This document shows positions 9,304-18,930 of a stretch of 64,000 nucleotides of DNA, one piece after another. The notes under the pieces were generated by a model. The model had not been told where the DNA came from, ran no database searches, and worked only from the letters and a program-made list of their open reading frames with translations. Within the stretch, counting starts at the first letter, position 1. Every line of letters begins with the position of its first letter. Made by a program: the position numbers and the translations under genes. This DNA comes from a virus: the IMG/VR virus record IMGVR_UViG_3300005918_000012. One strand, given 5' to 3'.

Positions 9304-10203
9304 ATGAATGATTACCCACAAGGTGATGGACTTCCCAACTGCCCGTTTTGTCATGGCAGAGGAGTTGTTCCTGTAACAAAAGAAGAACGACCTCCAATGG
9401 CTATTGGGGAAGTTACGAAGTTTTGCAACTGTGTGTTGATTCGAGATGTCATGCATAATCTTGAACGAGGCTGGAAAGGGCTATCGAAAGCTAAACCTAT
9501 CAAGTCCTCTCCTTTGGCTGGCAGGCACACAGAAAACCTGATGATTACTTCTTCAACTTTTCAAATGAAAGAACATATTAGGCATATTGCTGCCCGGATG
9601 GGGCCACGGTGGAATTTCCTCGTGGTTTCCGATGCAACTCTTATGGATGCTTGGCTTTCTAAAGGTCTGGATGTTTATGACCCTGATATCTCAGGTATGA
9701 GAGATGATGAACGTCGAAGATTAGACAAATCTCCTATTGAGGCTTTGTCTGAATTGGTAGAGCACCCAGCTCTCTTGATTGTTTGTCTGGGAGTTAAAGC
9801 TGCTCGAAATTCAGCTATGCCGGAAGTTCTTTTGGAGACTCTGACATTGCGGGAGTTCCGAGACAAAAAGACTTGGCTGATAGATCAGCCTGTGTATCCC
9901 TTGATGGAAGGGCATATCTCTTATAGTCCTTATGTCGGAAGCCATATTGAAGATTGGGAAGCCGTTGCTTTAGATGAAGGTATTCAGAAAATGGATATGG
10001 GGACTGATGCTCCGGGTGAAAGAGCACCAACGGCTGCACGAAAAGATAAAGCCCCTCCTCCCTCTAAAAGAGCAAACGTGATCCGAGCCCCTGTCCAAAG
10101 AACCGAGGAGATTTCAAACACTCCTGGTGATGATTGGGCTAGTGACGAACTTCGAAAGATGGAGAAGAATGCTCGTAATAAGAAATGGAAGGGCAAAAAA
10201 TAA
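9304..10203 (+). CDS. degenerate DnaC/IstB-like helicase-loader-like protein with N-terminal Zn motif
   Basis: CPFCHGRG...FCNC N-terminus; LLIVCLG and LLETLTLR resemble DnaC-type elements; no intact Walker A; directly upstream of DnaB-like gene. Confidence 0.5.
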   Translation: MNDYPQGDGLPNCPFCHGRGVVPVTKEERPPMAIGEVTKFCNCVLIRDVMHNLERGWKGLSKAKPIKSSPLAGRHTENLMITSSTFQMKEHIRHIAARMGPRWNFLVVSDATLMDAWLSKGLDVYDPDISGMRDDERRRLDKSPIEALSELVEHPALLIVCLGVKAARNSAMPEVLLETLTLREFRDKKTWLIDQPVYPLMEGHISYSPYVGSHIEDWEAVALDEGIQKMDMGTDAPGERAPTAARKDKAPPPSKRANVIRAPVQRTEEISNTPGDDWASDELRKMEKNARNKKWKGKK

Positions 10204-11841
10204 ATGAAAACACTATTAAGATCCACATTCATAGGTGCTCCGGGTGATAATCCTGATTTATTTCTCCGAAATTACATTAAATTAGATGATTCAGGGTTAC
10301 ATTTTGATCTTCCTGAAGACGTGGTTATTTGGGAGTTCGTGAAACAATTTGTTCGGGCACATAACCACGCCCCTGATCTGACTACTTTAAAAACTCAGTT
10401 TGCTCGAACGAATGAGGATACGGTTACTGAACGTCTTCGAGTCTTGGAAAATATCAAAGGCTTCTCTCAGGGTGATTTTGATACCCGATTAGGAGCTAAA
10501 GTTGAAGAGCGTCGTATCCGTGAAGTCACAGAACTGATGAAAGACTCCAGTACTATCTTAACGACAGGGCTGGAGATCAGGAATGGCAAAGAGAAAAGGA
10601 TACTGAAAGGACCGATGGAAGCGGTTCATTATTTCTTAGAGAAAAGTCATTCCGTTGTTGCTCCTTCTTCTGGTTCCCGGCTTTCAGGTGAGGTAACGGG
10701 AGATGGAGAAGACTTCTCCCGCCGGTATGAGAAAGTTGAAGCTGACCCTCTGGCTGGAATCGGTCAGCATACTGGACTAACTCAGATAGATGTTGCTACC
10801 AATGGGGCCAGAAAGTTTGAGCTGTGGATTCATGCAGCTTTTACAGGTGGTATGAAATCCACTTGGGTTCTTAATTGGATTTACAATCAGGCTATTTACC
10901 ATCTCCATTCTAATCTGTTATTCAGTCTGGAGATGCCTTATATCCAATGCCGTAATATCCTGTGGGCTATCCACAGTAGTCACCCTAAATTCAGGCTTAT
11001 CAGATATTTCCTTGGCCTTCAATCTAACCCAACAGAAACAGTCGGGTTGAATTATGAACAAATCCGTGATGGGACGCTGGAGCCGAATGCTAGAAAGTTC
11101 CTGTTTGATTATGTCACACCTGATTACAATGGTAAACCTGTTGATGTGGATACCTGTCCTCTGACGGGTGATAAATATCACGACCCTCAGACTAAAGAAA
11201 TTTTGACTTGTACTGTGGATGAGTTTGGCAAACCTCATCCTAAGTCAAGTGACTACGGAAAAATATTCATTGAGGTTGCAGACCCGACCAAAATGGACTT
11301 CACGATGGACCAGCTCAGGCAGAAGGCCGAGCTTATCTATTCTAAAACTCCATTCAGGATGATTGTCATCGATCACGTTAGTTTACTTTCACCTCGTAAA
11401 TGGGTGGCAAGTCGTACTGACCGAGATAATGAGATCATTCGTGATACAAAGAAGTTGGCTATGTCATTCAATCGTGGTGCAGGAATGGCTGTTGTGGCAT
11501 TGTTCCAGATATCTCGTGAGGGTTACAGGTCGGCTCTGAAGATCAAGGAGAAAACGGGTACGGCTCGATATGAAGTTACGGCTTTATCTTATGCCAATGA
11601 AGCTGAGAGGTCAGCGGATATTGTCACATCCTCGTGGATTGATGATGATCTGATGGGAGCTAACAGGGTTCAGTTCCAGTGCTTAAAATCTCGTGATCAG
11701 AAGCCCTTTGAGATGTTCTTAGCTCGTGTAGAATGGCCTTGTCGTCGTGTACTGACATGTTTCGATATGCCAATGACGACTAATCAAAATCAAGCTGTTG
11801 GAGCTGAAGTTGATGCCGCAGTGAATATTTTAGATTTATGA
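10204..11841 (+). CDS. DnaB-like replicative helicase
   Basis: AFTGGMKST, FSLEM, IVIDH, LFQISR, AERSAD, LKSRD motifs. Confidence 0.85.
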   Translation: MKTLLRSTFIGAPGDNPDLFLRNYIKLDDSGLHFDLPEDVVIWEFVKQFVRAHNHAPDLTTLKTQFARTNEDTVTERLRVLENIKGFSQGDFDTRLGAKVEERRIREVTELMKDSSTILTTGLEIRNGKEKRILKGPMEAVHYFLEKSHSVVAPSSGSRLSGEVTGDGEDFSRRYEKVEADPLAGIGQHTGLTQIDVATNGARKFELWIHAAFTGGMKSTWVLNWIYNQAIYHLHSNLLFSLEMPYIQCRNILWAIHSSHPKFRLIRYFLGLQSNPTETVGLNYEQIRDGTLEPNARKFLFDYVTPDYNGKPVDVDTCPLTGDKYHDPQTKEILTCTVDEFGKPHPKSSDYGKIFIEVADPTKMDFTMDQLRQKAELIYSKTPFRMIVIDHVSLLSPRKWVASRTDRDNEIIRDTKKLAMSFNRGAGMAVVALFQISREGYRSALKIKEKTGTARYEVTALSYANEAERSADIVTSSWIDDDLMGANRVQFQCLKSRDQKPFEMFLARVEWPCRRVLTCFDMPMTTNQNQAVGAEVDAAVNILDL

Positions 11842-14036
11842 GAGTTATAACTGTTGGTAGAACCCCATTGATTAAGACCACCCCGATGAACTGTGCTATA
11901 TTGGGTACAGGAGCTTTAAACATCGATGGGTGTAGGATTGGGGAAGACCAGCAGAATCCTGGAGGTCGTTGGCCTGCTAATGTTATTTTGAGTCACCCTA
12001 AAGAGTGTCGATCTGGGTATTGTATATCAAGTTGTCCAGTGAAACAACTGGATATTGACAGCCTTGAAGCAGGTATCCATGCTGCGGGTAATAAGAAGAA
12101 GGCTTCGACCACGAAAAAAGGTAATACTTTTCACTTTGAAGCTTTCGATCACAACCCTGACTATTATAATGATTCAGGTGGTGCTTCACGATTTTTTAAA
12201 TGCTTAAAGGAAGATGAGTTTATGAATATCCCACAAGAACTTTTAGATTACCTCTTAACGATGATCTCTACTCCTGATATGAAAGCTCTTTACAACGATG
12301 ACATCAGTACCTGGAAGGTCGGGGAAGAAAAAGATAATTCATATCCAGGGCTTGTAGCTTATGGGCAACCGACTGAGGAACAAGCAGCAGATCTGAAAAG
12401 AGTTTTAATGCCTGGTGCTCATCTTTTACTGATTGCCCCAGAGTCAGAACCAACAGGGCATACTGGAACTTGTAGGGTTGAGGATGCAGGCTTTGAAATT
12501 CGTGATGCTATCCTATGGATCAGAGAAGCAGGTCATTTCCATTATGTTCCCAAAGCTTCACGTTCAGAACGTGAAGCAGGCTGTCAAACAGTTTCTGTAA
12601 GTGGTGCTGAGGCTGTAGGGCGTAAAGAGGGGTCTGATGGTTTAGATAGTCCACGAGCAGGGGCTATTAAGAACTTCCATCCTTGTTTACACCCTGATAC
12701 ATTAGTGATGACTATAAGAGGTTATCGTCCTATAGGTGAAATAAAAATTGGAGATCAGGTGTTTAGTGCTGATGGGGGATTTCATATTGTAAAGGATGTT
12801 AGCCGTCACCTTTACACTTCTAGTCACCTGTATGACATTGGTGTTCATGGGACTAATTATTCGGCCCCCTCTTCAGATAACCACCCCTATTTAATATGGA
12901 GACCTGAACGAAAACGGAATTCCATTGTAGGAGGTTGTGCTTCTTGGATTGAGGCAAAAGATATTAAAAAAGGGGATTATACCATGACTCCTTTATGTAA
13001 TTCATTTTCTACTGATGTGATATATCCTGATGATATTGAACTTTGGTTTATGTTTGGATTGTATTTAGCTGATGGGGTTCTTCAACAGGCAGGACATGGA
13101 TCTAACAGATATCCTTCGTATTCATTGGGTCTTGATAAACCCCAACTAATTAAAAGAGTACAAAAATATTTTGAAAATACTGGTGTGAATGTTGGGGTTT
13201 ATCCAAAATCTCGAAGTAAAGCAGTTCAATTAATAGCTTTTAATCCCAAAATAGGGCAGATGTTTGATTTGTATGGGGGTCAACATGCAGATACTAAAAC
13301 ATTAGCTCCTGACTTACTTGTAGCTAATGTTTCAATTAAAAAAGCAATTTTGGATGGGTATTTGGCAGGAGATGGTTGTCAAGTAAAAGGCCGTTTATAC
13401 AAACAAGCTAAAACGGTTTCTCCTGATCTTGCTTCCTTGATGGCTTTATTAGGAGATTCTATAGGGTATCGGACTAATTTGTTCAGATATGACCCCTTAA
13501 TGGGTAAGGGTATTGGAGATCGAAAATTTAAGACTACACTACCAACTTACCATTTATATTTTTATAGTCAAAATCAGAAACGGGTTGACCGTAAAAACTC
13601 ACGTCCTACTTATATCGAGTATCAAGGCCAAACATACCTTCTTCGATATGTTAAAGAAATCAAATCTGTTAGTTATACTGGGGTCGTTGTCAATTTGACT
13701 GTAGAAGGGTCACCAACTTTTCAAACCGTTGTAGGAATGAGCCATAATACGGTTAAGCCTATTAAGTTGATGGAATGTTTATTGGATGGTATTCCTGTGG
13801 ATAATGGTCCAGTAATGGACCCGTTTATGGGCAGCGGCTCAACTGGGATTGCGTGTCTCCATACTGGCCATGATTTTATTGGGACTGATAGAGAAAAAGA
13901 TTATGTTGGTATTGCTACTTCCCGAATTCGTCACTGGGATAGTGAACAGGGGTATATAAATAGAGAAGTGGTTTCAGATTTCAAATCCGAAACCGAAGAA
14001 AAAGAACCTGTGGATTTGTGGGATATGGAAGATTAA
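11838..14036 (+). CDS. amino-DNA methyltransferase part: middle cassette + degenerate N-domain + SAM-binding C-half, with intein
   Basis: GTGALNIDGCRI, GRWPANVI, GGASRFF; EDAGFEIRD; KASRSER; HP[intein]TVKP; DPFMGSGSTG; no DPPY/NPPY seen; possible internal ATG at 12222. Confidence 0.85.
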   Translation: MRVITVGRTPLIKTTPMNCAILGTGALNIDGCRIGEDQQNPGGRWPANVILSHPKECRSGYCISSCPVKQLDIDSLEAGIHAAGNKKKASTTKKGNTFHFEAFDHNPDYYNDSGGASRFFKCLKEDEFMNIPQELLDYLLTMISTPDMKALYNDDISTWKVGEEKDNSYPGLVAYGQPTEEQAADLKRVLMPGAHLLLIAPESEPTGHTGTCRVEDAGFEIRDAILWIREAGHFHYVPKASRSEREAGCQTVSVSGAEAVGRKEGSDGLDSPRAGAIKNFHPCLHPDTLVMTIRGYRPIGEIKIGDQVFSADGGFHIVKDVSRHLYTSSHLYDIGVHGTNYSAPSSDNHPYLIWRPERKRNSIVGGCASWIEAKDIKKGDYTMTPLCNSFSTDVIYPDDIELWFMFGLYLADGVLQQAGHGSNRYPSYSLGLDKPQLIKRVQKYFENTGVNVGVYPKSRSKAVQLIAFNPKIGQMFDLYGGQHADTKTLAPDLLVANVSIKKAILDGYLAGDGCQVKGRLYKQAKTVSPDLASLMALLGDSIGYRTNLFRYDPLMGKGIGDRKFKTTLPTYHLYFYSQNQKRVDRKNSRPTYIEYQGQTYLLRYVKEIKSVSYTGVVVNLTVEGSPTFQTVVGMSHNTVKPIKLMECLLDGIPVDNGPVMDPFMGSGSTGIACLHTGHDFIGTDREKDYVGIATSRIRHWDSEQGYINREVVSDFKSETEEKEPVDLWDMED
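12684..13748 (+). mobile_element. intein with LAGLIDADG endonuclease (355 aa)
   Basis: starts CLHPDT, ends MSHN before Thr; GLYLADG and DGYLAGDG; removal restores NFHP-TVKP. Confidence 0.9.
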
Positions 14037-14065
14037 GCTTAGTTTTCCCTGTCCGTGGGTTGTTG
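14036..14065 (+). promoter_or_regulatory. class A phage promoter-like motif
   Basis: AGCTTAGTTT-tccctgtcc-GTGGGTTGTTG immediately before the AGGAGG SD of 14081. Confidence 0.75.
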
Positions 14066-14080
14066 ATGTAGGAGGATAAC

Positions 14081-14566
14081 ATGACAAAAAAATTAACTCA
14101 AGCAGAAACTGATTATAACACTGAAATCATGATTCATCGGACGGATGTTTTTGAACAAATGCAGATTGTATCTGATGAGATAGAACATCGTCAGGCTACT
14201 CATGATCTATCCAAGAGTAGTGATGAGGAATTCTCAACATACGCCGAGGTTATTCCTAAAGTCAAAGGGCTACCATTTGGATCACCAGAGGCCAGAACGA
14301 TCATAAAAGAACTGGGTCCTGCTCTTAAACACCATTATGAAAACAACAGACATCATCCTGAGCATTTCAAGGACGGAGTTGCAGGGATGCATTTGATTGA
14401 TATAATTGAGATGGTCTGTGATTGGGTGGCTGTATCTGGAGCCAAAGGCACTGATGTCAGAAAAGGAATGATAGAAGTTCTGTTTCCCAAGCACGGGATC
14501 GAAGAACCTCTGGCCACAATCCTTTTAAACACTGTGGATTTCTTGGAAAAAGGTGACAACGAATGA
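14081..14566 (+). CDS. HD-like (DUF5662-type) protein
   Basis: HDLSK, HHYENNRHHPEHF, EMVCDW. Confidence 0.7.
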   Translation: MTKKLTQAETDYNTEIMIHRTDVFEQMQIVSDEIEHRQATHDLSKSSDEEFSTYAEVIPKVKGLPFGSPEARTIIKELGPALKHHYENNRHHPEHFKDGVAGMHLIDIIEMVCDWVAVSGAKGTDVRKGMIEVLFPKHGIEEPLATILLNTVDFLEKGDNE

Positions 14567-14805
14567 AAAATAGCATTACAGTACAAATAACAGATGGCAT
14601 TATTGAAATTGGCATCAACAAGAATGTGGCCATCGATACAACATCTTTGATAAGGATGCAAACCCAAGAAGGTTGGGAGACAGGACTTAGCAGGGTTATA
14701 TCAAGACTCCTTGACCCATTAGCCTCGGAGGTTCAGAAAGAATTGGAACAAACACTCCATCAAACAATTATTTATGATGGTTTTAATTATAAGGTAAATG
14801 AATGA
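14563..14805 (+). CDS. hypothetical protein
   Basis: ATGA overlaps at both ends. Confidence 0.65.
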   Translation: MKNSITVQITDGIIEIGINKNVAIDTTSLIRMQTQEGWETGLSRVISRLLDPLASEVQKELEQTLHQTIIYDGFNYKVNE

Positions 14806-14999
14806 CCCACTATTATCTATGTGCCTTCTGTGGGCAAAAATGGACTGAGGATGAGGCAGCATTGTTACCTCAGAGTGACAGTACCGCATCGATGCCTATA
14901 TGTTGTGGTTATCCTATTTTTCAACAAACTTGGGAAGGTGAAGAACTATCCGATTGGATATCAGAAGCCGTGGCCGAAGCCGTGGGAGAAAAGGATTGA
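14802..14999 (+). CDS. small zinc-ribbon-like protein
   Basis: CAFCG...CCG; ATGA overlap. Confidence 0.6.
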   Translation: MTHYYLCAFCGQKWTEDEAALLPQSDSTASMPICCGYPIFQQTWEGEELSDWISEAVAEAVGEKD

Positions 15000-15002
15000 T
15001 AA

Positions 15003-15299
15003 ATGTCTAAACTTTTAACCACTGATAAAGAGAGAAAAGATTTATCTTTTCTGGACTGGAGTTCTGAATCTATTGGTAATGCTGTTAAAGATTCTGCTGT
15101 TAAAATATGCCAGTATAACAAAGCTCCTTACGATGCATCAGGTAAAGATCTAATTCGTCTGAAAGCTGCTATGCTCGTAGTCCTTAATATTATGGAAAAG
15201 TCAAATGCTGAGACATTTACCCAAGAGATGCTTGATGTAACAATCAAAGAGGTAAATATCGGAGATTACCAGATGAAGGTAACTAAGGTGAAAAGATGA
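15003..15299 (+). CDS. hypothetical protein
   Basis: ORF in operon, AAGGA SD. Confidence 0.65.
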   Translation: MSKLLTTDKERKDLSFLDWSSESIGNAVKDSAVKICQYNKAPYDASGKDLIRLKAAMLVVLNIMEKSNAETFTQEMLDVTIKEVNIGDYQMKVTKVKR

Positions 15300-15326
15300 A
15301 ACAGAACCCAGTTCCACAAACACTCC
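15296..15326 (+). repeat. relic copy of the methyltransferase 5' end (MKQNPVPQTL), duplicated at 16144-16179
   Basis: GAAACAGAACCC and GTTCCACAAACACT occur on both sides of the endonuclease gene. Confidence 0.75.
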
Positions 15327-15327
15327 A

Positions 15328-16071
15328 TTATGTTGGGGGCTTGTATGTACGAACATCTTCTATTTCCTTTTTCATCTGTCCCATACGAACCCACACACTT
15401 TTCCCTGGTTTAAAGGATGTCCACAAATGAACAGCCTTTTTCCAAATACGGAAATCATTAGCTTTCTTAGCCCTAATAGGGTATTGGTCGATAATACTAA
15501 CCAAGGTAGGACAGTCGGCTTTAGTATCTACTATCCAAACCATACAAGGCTTACTATTCCCATTTCTCGATCTGTCAGGTTTCAATCTACCAAGTTGGAG
15601 TTTATTGACAATCTCAGTCAAAATAGGGGTGTCATCATCTCGAAGTTTCAACGAGAAGGCACAACCGAAATATGCACCTTTTCGAACTTTGTGGATTCGA
15701 AAACACCCTTCTCCGGCAATGAAACCTGCCAACCAATGTCCGAAACCATTAGTCAAGACAGGAGTAGGAGTTGGTGGGGGTGGTTGATAGGGGCCGCAGA
15801 TAGGACGTGGAGACAGACCTTGTGTACGTGCTTTATAATGGCATTCTTTGGAACACAAAGGAAGTCCTGCATCAGCTTTTTTAGCTGTCGAGGGAGGGCG
15901 TTCAAAAACAGTTCCACAGATAACACAGGTGTAAGATTTAGATTTTTTAAGTTGTTGGGCTCGGAATTTATACGAGCATTTACGGGAGCATGTGGTTTGT
16001 CTTCCGTGTTTAAGACGTTTAGGATCAGCTTGATAGGTTTTTTTACATATCGGGCATGTTCTAGTTTGCAT
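15328..16071 (-). CDS. free-standing LAGLIDADG homing endonuclease with N-terminal Cys zinc fingers
   Basis: WLAGFIAGEGCF; CPIC...CSRKC and CVIC...CSKEC; AGGAGG SD; antisense to neighbours. Confidence 0.85.
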   Translation of the reverse strand: MQTRTCPICKKTYQADPKRLKHGRQTTCSRKCSYKFRAQQLKKSKSYTCVICGTVFERPPSTAKKADAGLPLCSKECHYKARTQGLSPRPICGPYQPPPPTPTPVLTNGFGHWLAGFIAGEGCFRIHKVRKGAYFGCAFSLKLRDDDTPILTEIVNKLQLGRLKPDRSRNGNSKPCMVWIVDTKADCPTLVSIIDQYPIRAKKANDFRIWKKAVHLWTSFKPGKSVWVRMGQMKKEIEDVRTYKPPT

Positions 16072-16089
16072 TATTAAACCTCCTGTGAT

Positions 16090-16119
16090 ACTGTATCATG
16101 GACTAGGTTTTATTGTCAA
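16090..16119 (-). promoter_or_regulatory. sigma70-type promoter of the endonuclease
   Basis: minus strand TTGACA-N18-TACAGT with extended TG. Confidence 0.55.
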
Positions 16120-16135
16120 GAGATAGGATGAAATA

Positions 16136-17017
16136 ATGAAAAGGAAACAGAACCCCCGTAGGGTGGTTCCACAAACACTTCAATTGCTCATGGGAGATTG
16201 CAAAGAAAAAATGCAATCTTTTGCTGAAGGCAGTATTGGAAGTATTGTTTGTGATCCGCCCTATGGCTAACTTAGCTTATCCTTTATGAACAAGAAATGG
16301 GATAACCTTGATGAATGGAAGTCAGGGGCAGGGATGAGTAAACCTGGTATTGGCCAACGTGAGATTGAATGGCCTTCTTTAGGAGGAACTCAACCTTTCG
16401 GTGGAGCCAATCCAACATGTAAAGCCTGTGGTGGCCGTCTAAGAGGGGCTAAGAAATGTACCTGTGACGAACCAGAATGGGTTGTGGCTGGTGAACCTGT
16501 AGGAGACGGTGCAGACGCAGCCTTAAACATCTCCTTGGACAATATACACACTCAACAGGCTTGGCATCTGAATTGGTTGGTGGAAGCCTTCAGGGTATTG
16601 AAACCTGGAGGTGTCCTAAAAGCTTTCGGTGGCACCCGCACTTACCACCGGTTGGCAGCAGCTATGGAACAGGCAGGCTTTGTAGAAATTCATATGGATG
16701 CCTGGATATACGGATCTGGATTTCCGAAGTCATTAAACATATCAAAGGCTTTGGATAAGAAAATTGGAGTTGAACCACAAGTAATAGGAACTACAACAGG
16801 TAAAGGTGGGGATAATGTCAACAATCAATCCCGACCAGGCAAAGGTGATAGTCTTTCTGCCAAAGGGTGTGGAGCTTATGGGGCAGGGGTAAAACAAGTC
16901 AATATTCAAATACCACTGACCTTACCTACTTCGGATATTGCCAAGAAGTTTGAAGGCTATGGGACGGCACTCAAGCCCGCTTGGGAAATAATAGTGGTAG
17001 GGAGGAAACCAGAATGA
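16136..17017 (+). pseudogene. N-terminal (catalytic) half of an amino-DNA methyltransferase, with in-frame TAA at 16268-16270
   Basis: MGDC...IVCDPPYG*LSLSFMNKKWD...RVLKPGG...FGGTRTYHR...YGSGFPKS...GTALKPAWEIIVVGRKPE; no FxGxG SAM motif. Confidence 0.85.
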
Positions 17018-17262
17018 ACAAAGTGTTTGAAGAAAACGGAGAATGGTTTTTCAGATGTGGTCCTTTCCTAACGGAAAATGTTGCAACTAATCGTCTGGCG
17101 GAGCATACTGTAGAAACAGAGCCAGAGACTCAAAGAATAGTTACTCCTGAAAAAGTTTGTCGGGAGTGTGCTTATAAAAAATCATCGAAAATCTGGGAAG
17201 CTCTTATTTGTAGAGGTACTTGTGATAGTTGTGGGAAAGTAAATATACCTTTATGGGGGTAA
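17014..17262 (+). CDS. small zinc-finger protein
   Basis: CREC...CDSC; ATGA overlap. Confidence 0.6.
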   Translation: MNKVFEENGEWFFRCGPFLTENVATNRLAEHTVETEPETQRIVTPEKVCRECAYKKSSKIWEALICRGTCDSCGKVNIPLWG

Positions 17263-17267
17263 CAGTA

Positions 17268-17726
17268 ATGGATCCTATAATTGAAAAAGATGGCCAATGG
17301 TTTTTTTCCGATGAGAATTGGTCGGATATTATTGGACCTTTTAATACCGAGGAAATAGCCAGACATCAGTTGGCAGAATATGTCAAATATCTGAATGAGG
17401 GTTCTGAGCTGATATGCAAAACGATGGCAGAGTGGATTAACAAATTGGCTGATGCTCACGATGCTGGGAAGAAAGTTACGTTAAACGATAACCCTCTGGA
17501 CCGCTTGTTAGGGTTCAAAGTAGGTGGGACAACTATTTCAGTTTCTTTGGTTTTAGCCCAAGGACGAGGATGGAATACCACAGAAGGTCTTAAAGCTCTA
17601 AAACGTATTGATTTTGACGACTATTCTTTTGGACACTCTCTTCAGAGTCCTGGTAGAAGAGAAGCTCTTGTTACGAAATTATATCACGTAAAAAGGAAAT
17701 ATTGCAGGGGAGGAGACAGGAAATGA
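17268..17726 (+). CDS. hypothetical protein
   Basis: N-terminus (EKDGQWFF...GPF.T) resembles that of the preceding ORF (EENGEWFF..GPFLT). Confidence 0.65.
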   Translation: MDPIIEKDGQWFFSDENWSDIIGPFNTEEIARHQLAEYVKYLNEGSELICKTMAEWINKLADAHDAGKKVTLNDNPLDRLLGFKVGGTTISVSLVLAQGRGWNTTEGLKALKRIDFDDYSFGHSLQSPGRREALVTKLYHVKRKYCRGGDRK

Positions 17727-18559
17727 AAAGACTTGTAACAATGGGACATTGGACGACGTTCAACCGTATGTTGACCATCAAAGATGAAATCGTCGGTCAC
17801 CCAAAATACCCTGGAGAATCTGAGGAGAAACTTTTGGCTTTGATGCCGTGGGCAAAAGACCGAGCAAATGACCCCATCTCAATCTCTACGGCTATGAGAC
17901 CGCTCCTGTCTTTGGGTGTTGATAAAGTTTTCCTGCTCCTGAAAGTAAATATGCAACCTTACCAGTACCAAGAAGGACTAGAGTACGGCTTTCGGGTCAT
18001 GAAACATGGTGCCCCTGATTATATTTCAGCACAGGAATTTCTTCAAAAAGCATCTAATGCTTTTAAGGACACGGGTGAAGAAAACCCTAAACTCACTCCT
18101 TTCAATGTTGTTTCCAGTTGTTACACCACAATACAAGCCCGAATGAAACAGCAAGGGAAAGAAGATCAGTGGGTTGATGAGAAGGACTGGCAGTTCCAAG
18201 AGTTCCTAAACGTGTTTGGGTTGTTTCCTGCCAATGATGCAACGATGGCACGAATTGATGGTTGGACAGGGAAACCTTTCCGAGGTCCTTTGACACGAGA
18301 ACTTATGGTTGATGCTTTTGCAGCCATTGGTACAGATAGTGTTTCTACTCTTCTTGTTTCTGAGAAAACTCGTGGGACTCTCTTTCACGGCTTGGTTGTT
18401 AAATCTGAGGACGATGACCAGTATATTGACCTTGGTGGAAACTCCCTTTGGGGTGCTCATATTGAAACTGCTGATATCCCTGATAATAAGATATATTTTA
18501 TCGGTGCAGATAAGGACAACCGTGTGCAGAGAGTAGATATTCAACAGAAGGAGAGTTAA
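17723..18559 (+). CDS. hypothetical protein
   Basis: long ORF, ATGA-type overlap, GGAG SD. Confidence 0.75.
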   Translation: MKRLVTMGHWTTFNRMLTIKDEIVGHPKYPGESEEKLLALMPWAKDRANDPISISTAMRPLLSLGVDKVFLLLKVNMQPYQYQEGLEYGFRVMKHGAPDYISAQEFLQKASNAFKDTGEENPKLTPFNVVSSCYTTIQARMKQQGKEDQWVDEKDWQFQEFLNVFGLFPANDATMARIDGWTGKPFRGPLTRELMVDAFAAIGTDSVSTLLVSEKTRGTLFHGLVVKSEDDDQYIDLGGNSLWGAHIETADIPDNKIYFIGADKDNRVQRVDIQQKES

Positions 18560-18561
18560 AG

Positions 18562-18930
18562 ATGGCAGAGAAACAATGCCCGTTTTGTAATGAACTTAGA
18601 TTTGAAAAAACACAGGGTCTTGCAGCTTGTTTATTTGATGGATATCCTGTGAATAAAGGCCATAGGCTGATTGTTCCCATTCGACATGTTGAGGAGTTTT
18701 CGGATATCACAAGTGATGAGATGAGGGATATTTTAGAGCTGGCTCAGTTGGAAATAAAAAATCTTGTAAACGTAGATGGGGTAAATGTTGGATGGAATTT
18801 GGGATATGCTGCTGGACAGACTGTACCTCATATTCATTTACACGTCATCCCAAGGTTTTTAGGTGATGTCCCTGACCCTGTGGGTGGTATTCGGGGAGTT
18901 ATCCCTGAAAAAAGGGTTTATGAAAAATGA
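18562..18930 (+). CDS. HIT family nucleotide hydrolase
   Basis: CPFC, PVNKGH, AGQTVPHIHLHVIPR histidine triad. Confidence 0.92.
   Translation: MAEKQCPFCNELRFEKTQGLAACLFDGYPVNKGHRLIVPIRHVEEFSDITSDEMRDILELAQLEIKNLVNVDGVNVGWNLGYAAGQTVPHIHLHVIPRFLGDVPDPVGGIRGVIPEKRVYEK

Noticed and set aside
15427-16077. Long alternative-frame or antisense ORFs (15427..16077 +, 39115..39597 -, 57796..58251 -, 30782..31192 - and similar)
   Set aside because: They overlap well-supported genes on the other strand and lack SD sequences and recognisable motifs.
15328-16135. Group I intron housing the LAGLIDADG gene
   Set aside because: The ORF is antisense with its own promoter and SD, fills almost the whole insert leaving no room for a ribozyme core, and the host gene start is duplicated rather than spliced.
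16267-16275. CTAAC..TAG resembling a spliceosomal branch point and acceptor
   Set aside because: Prokaryotic phage context, no donor site and far too short; treated as coincidence.
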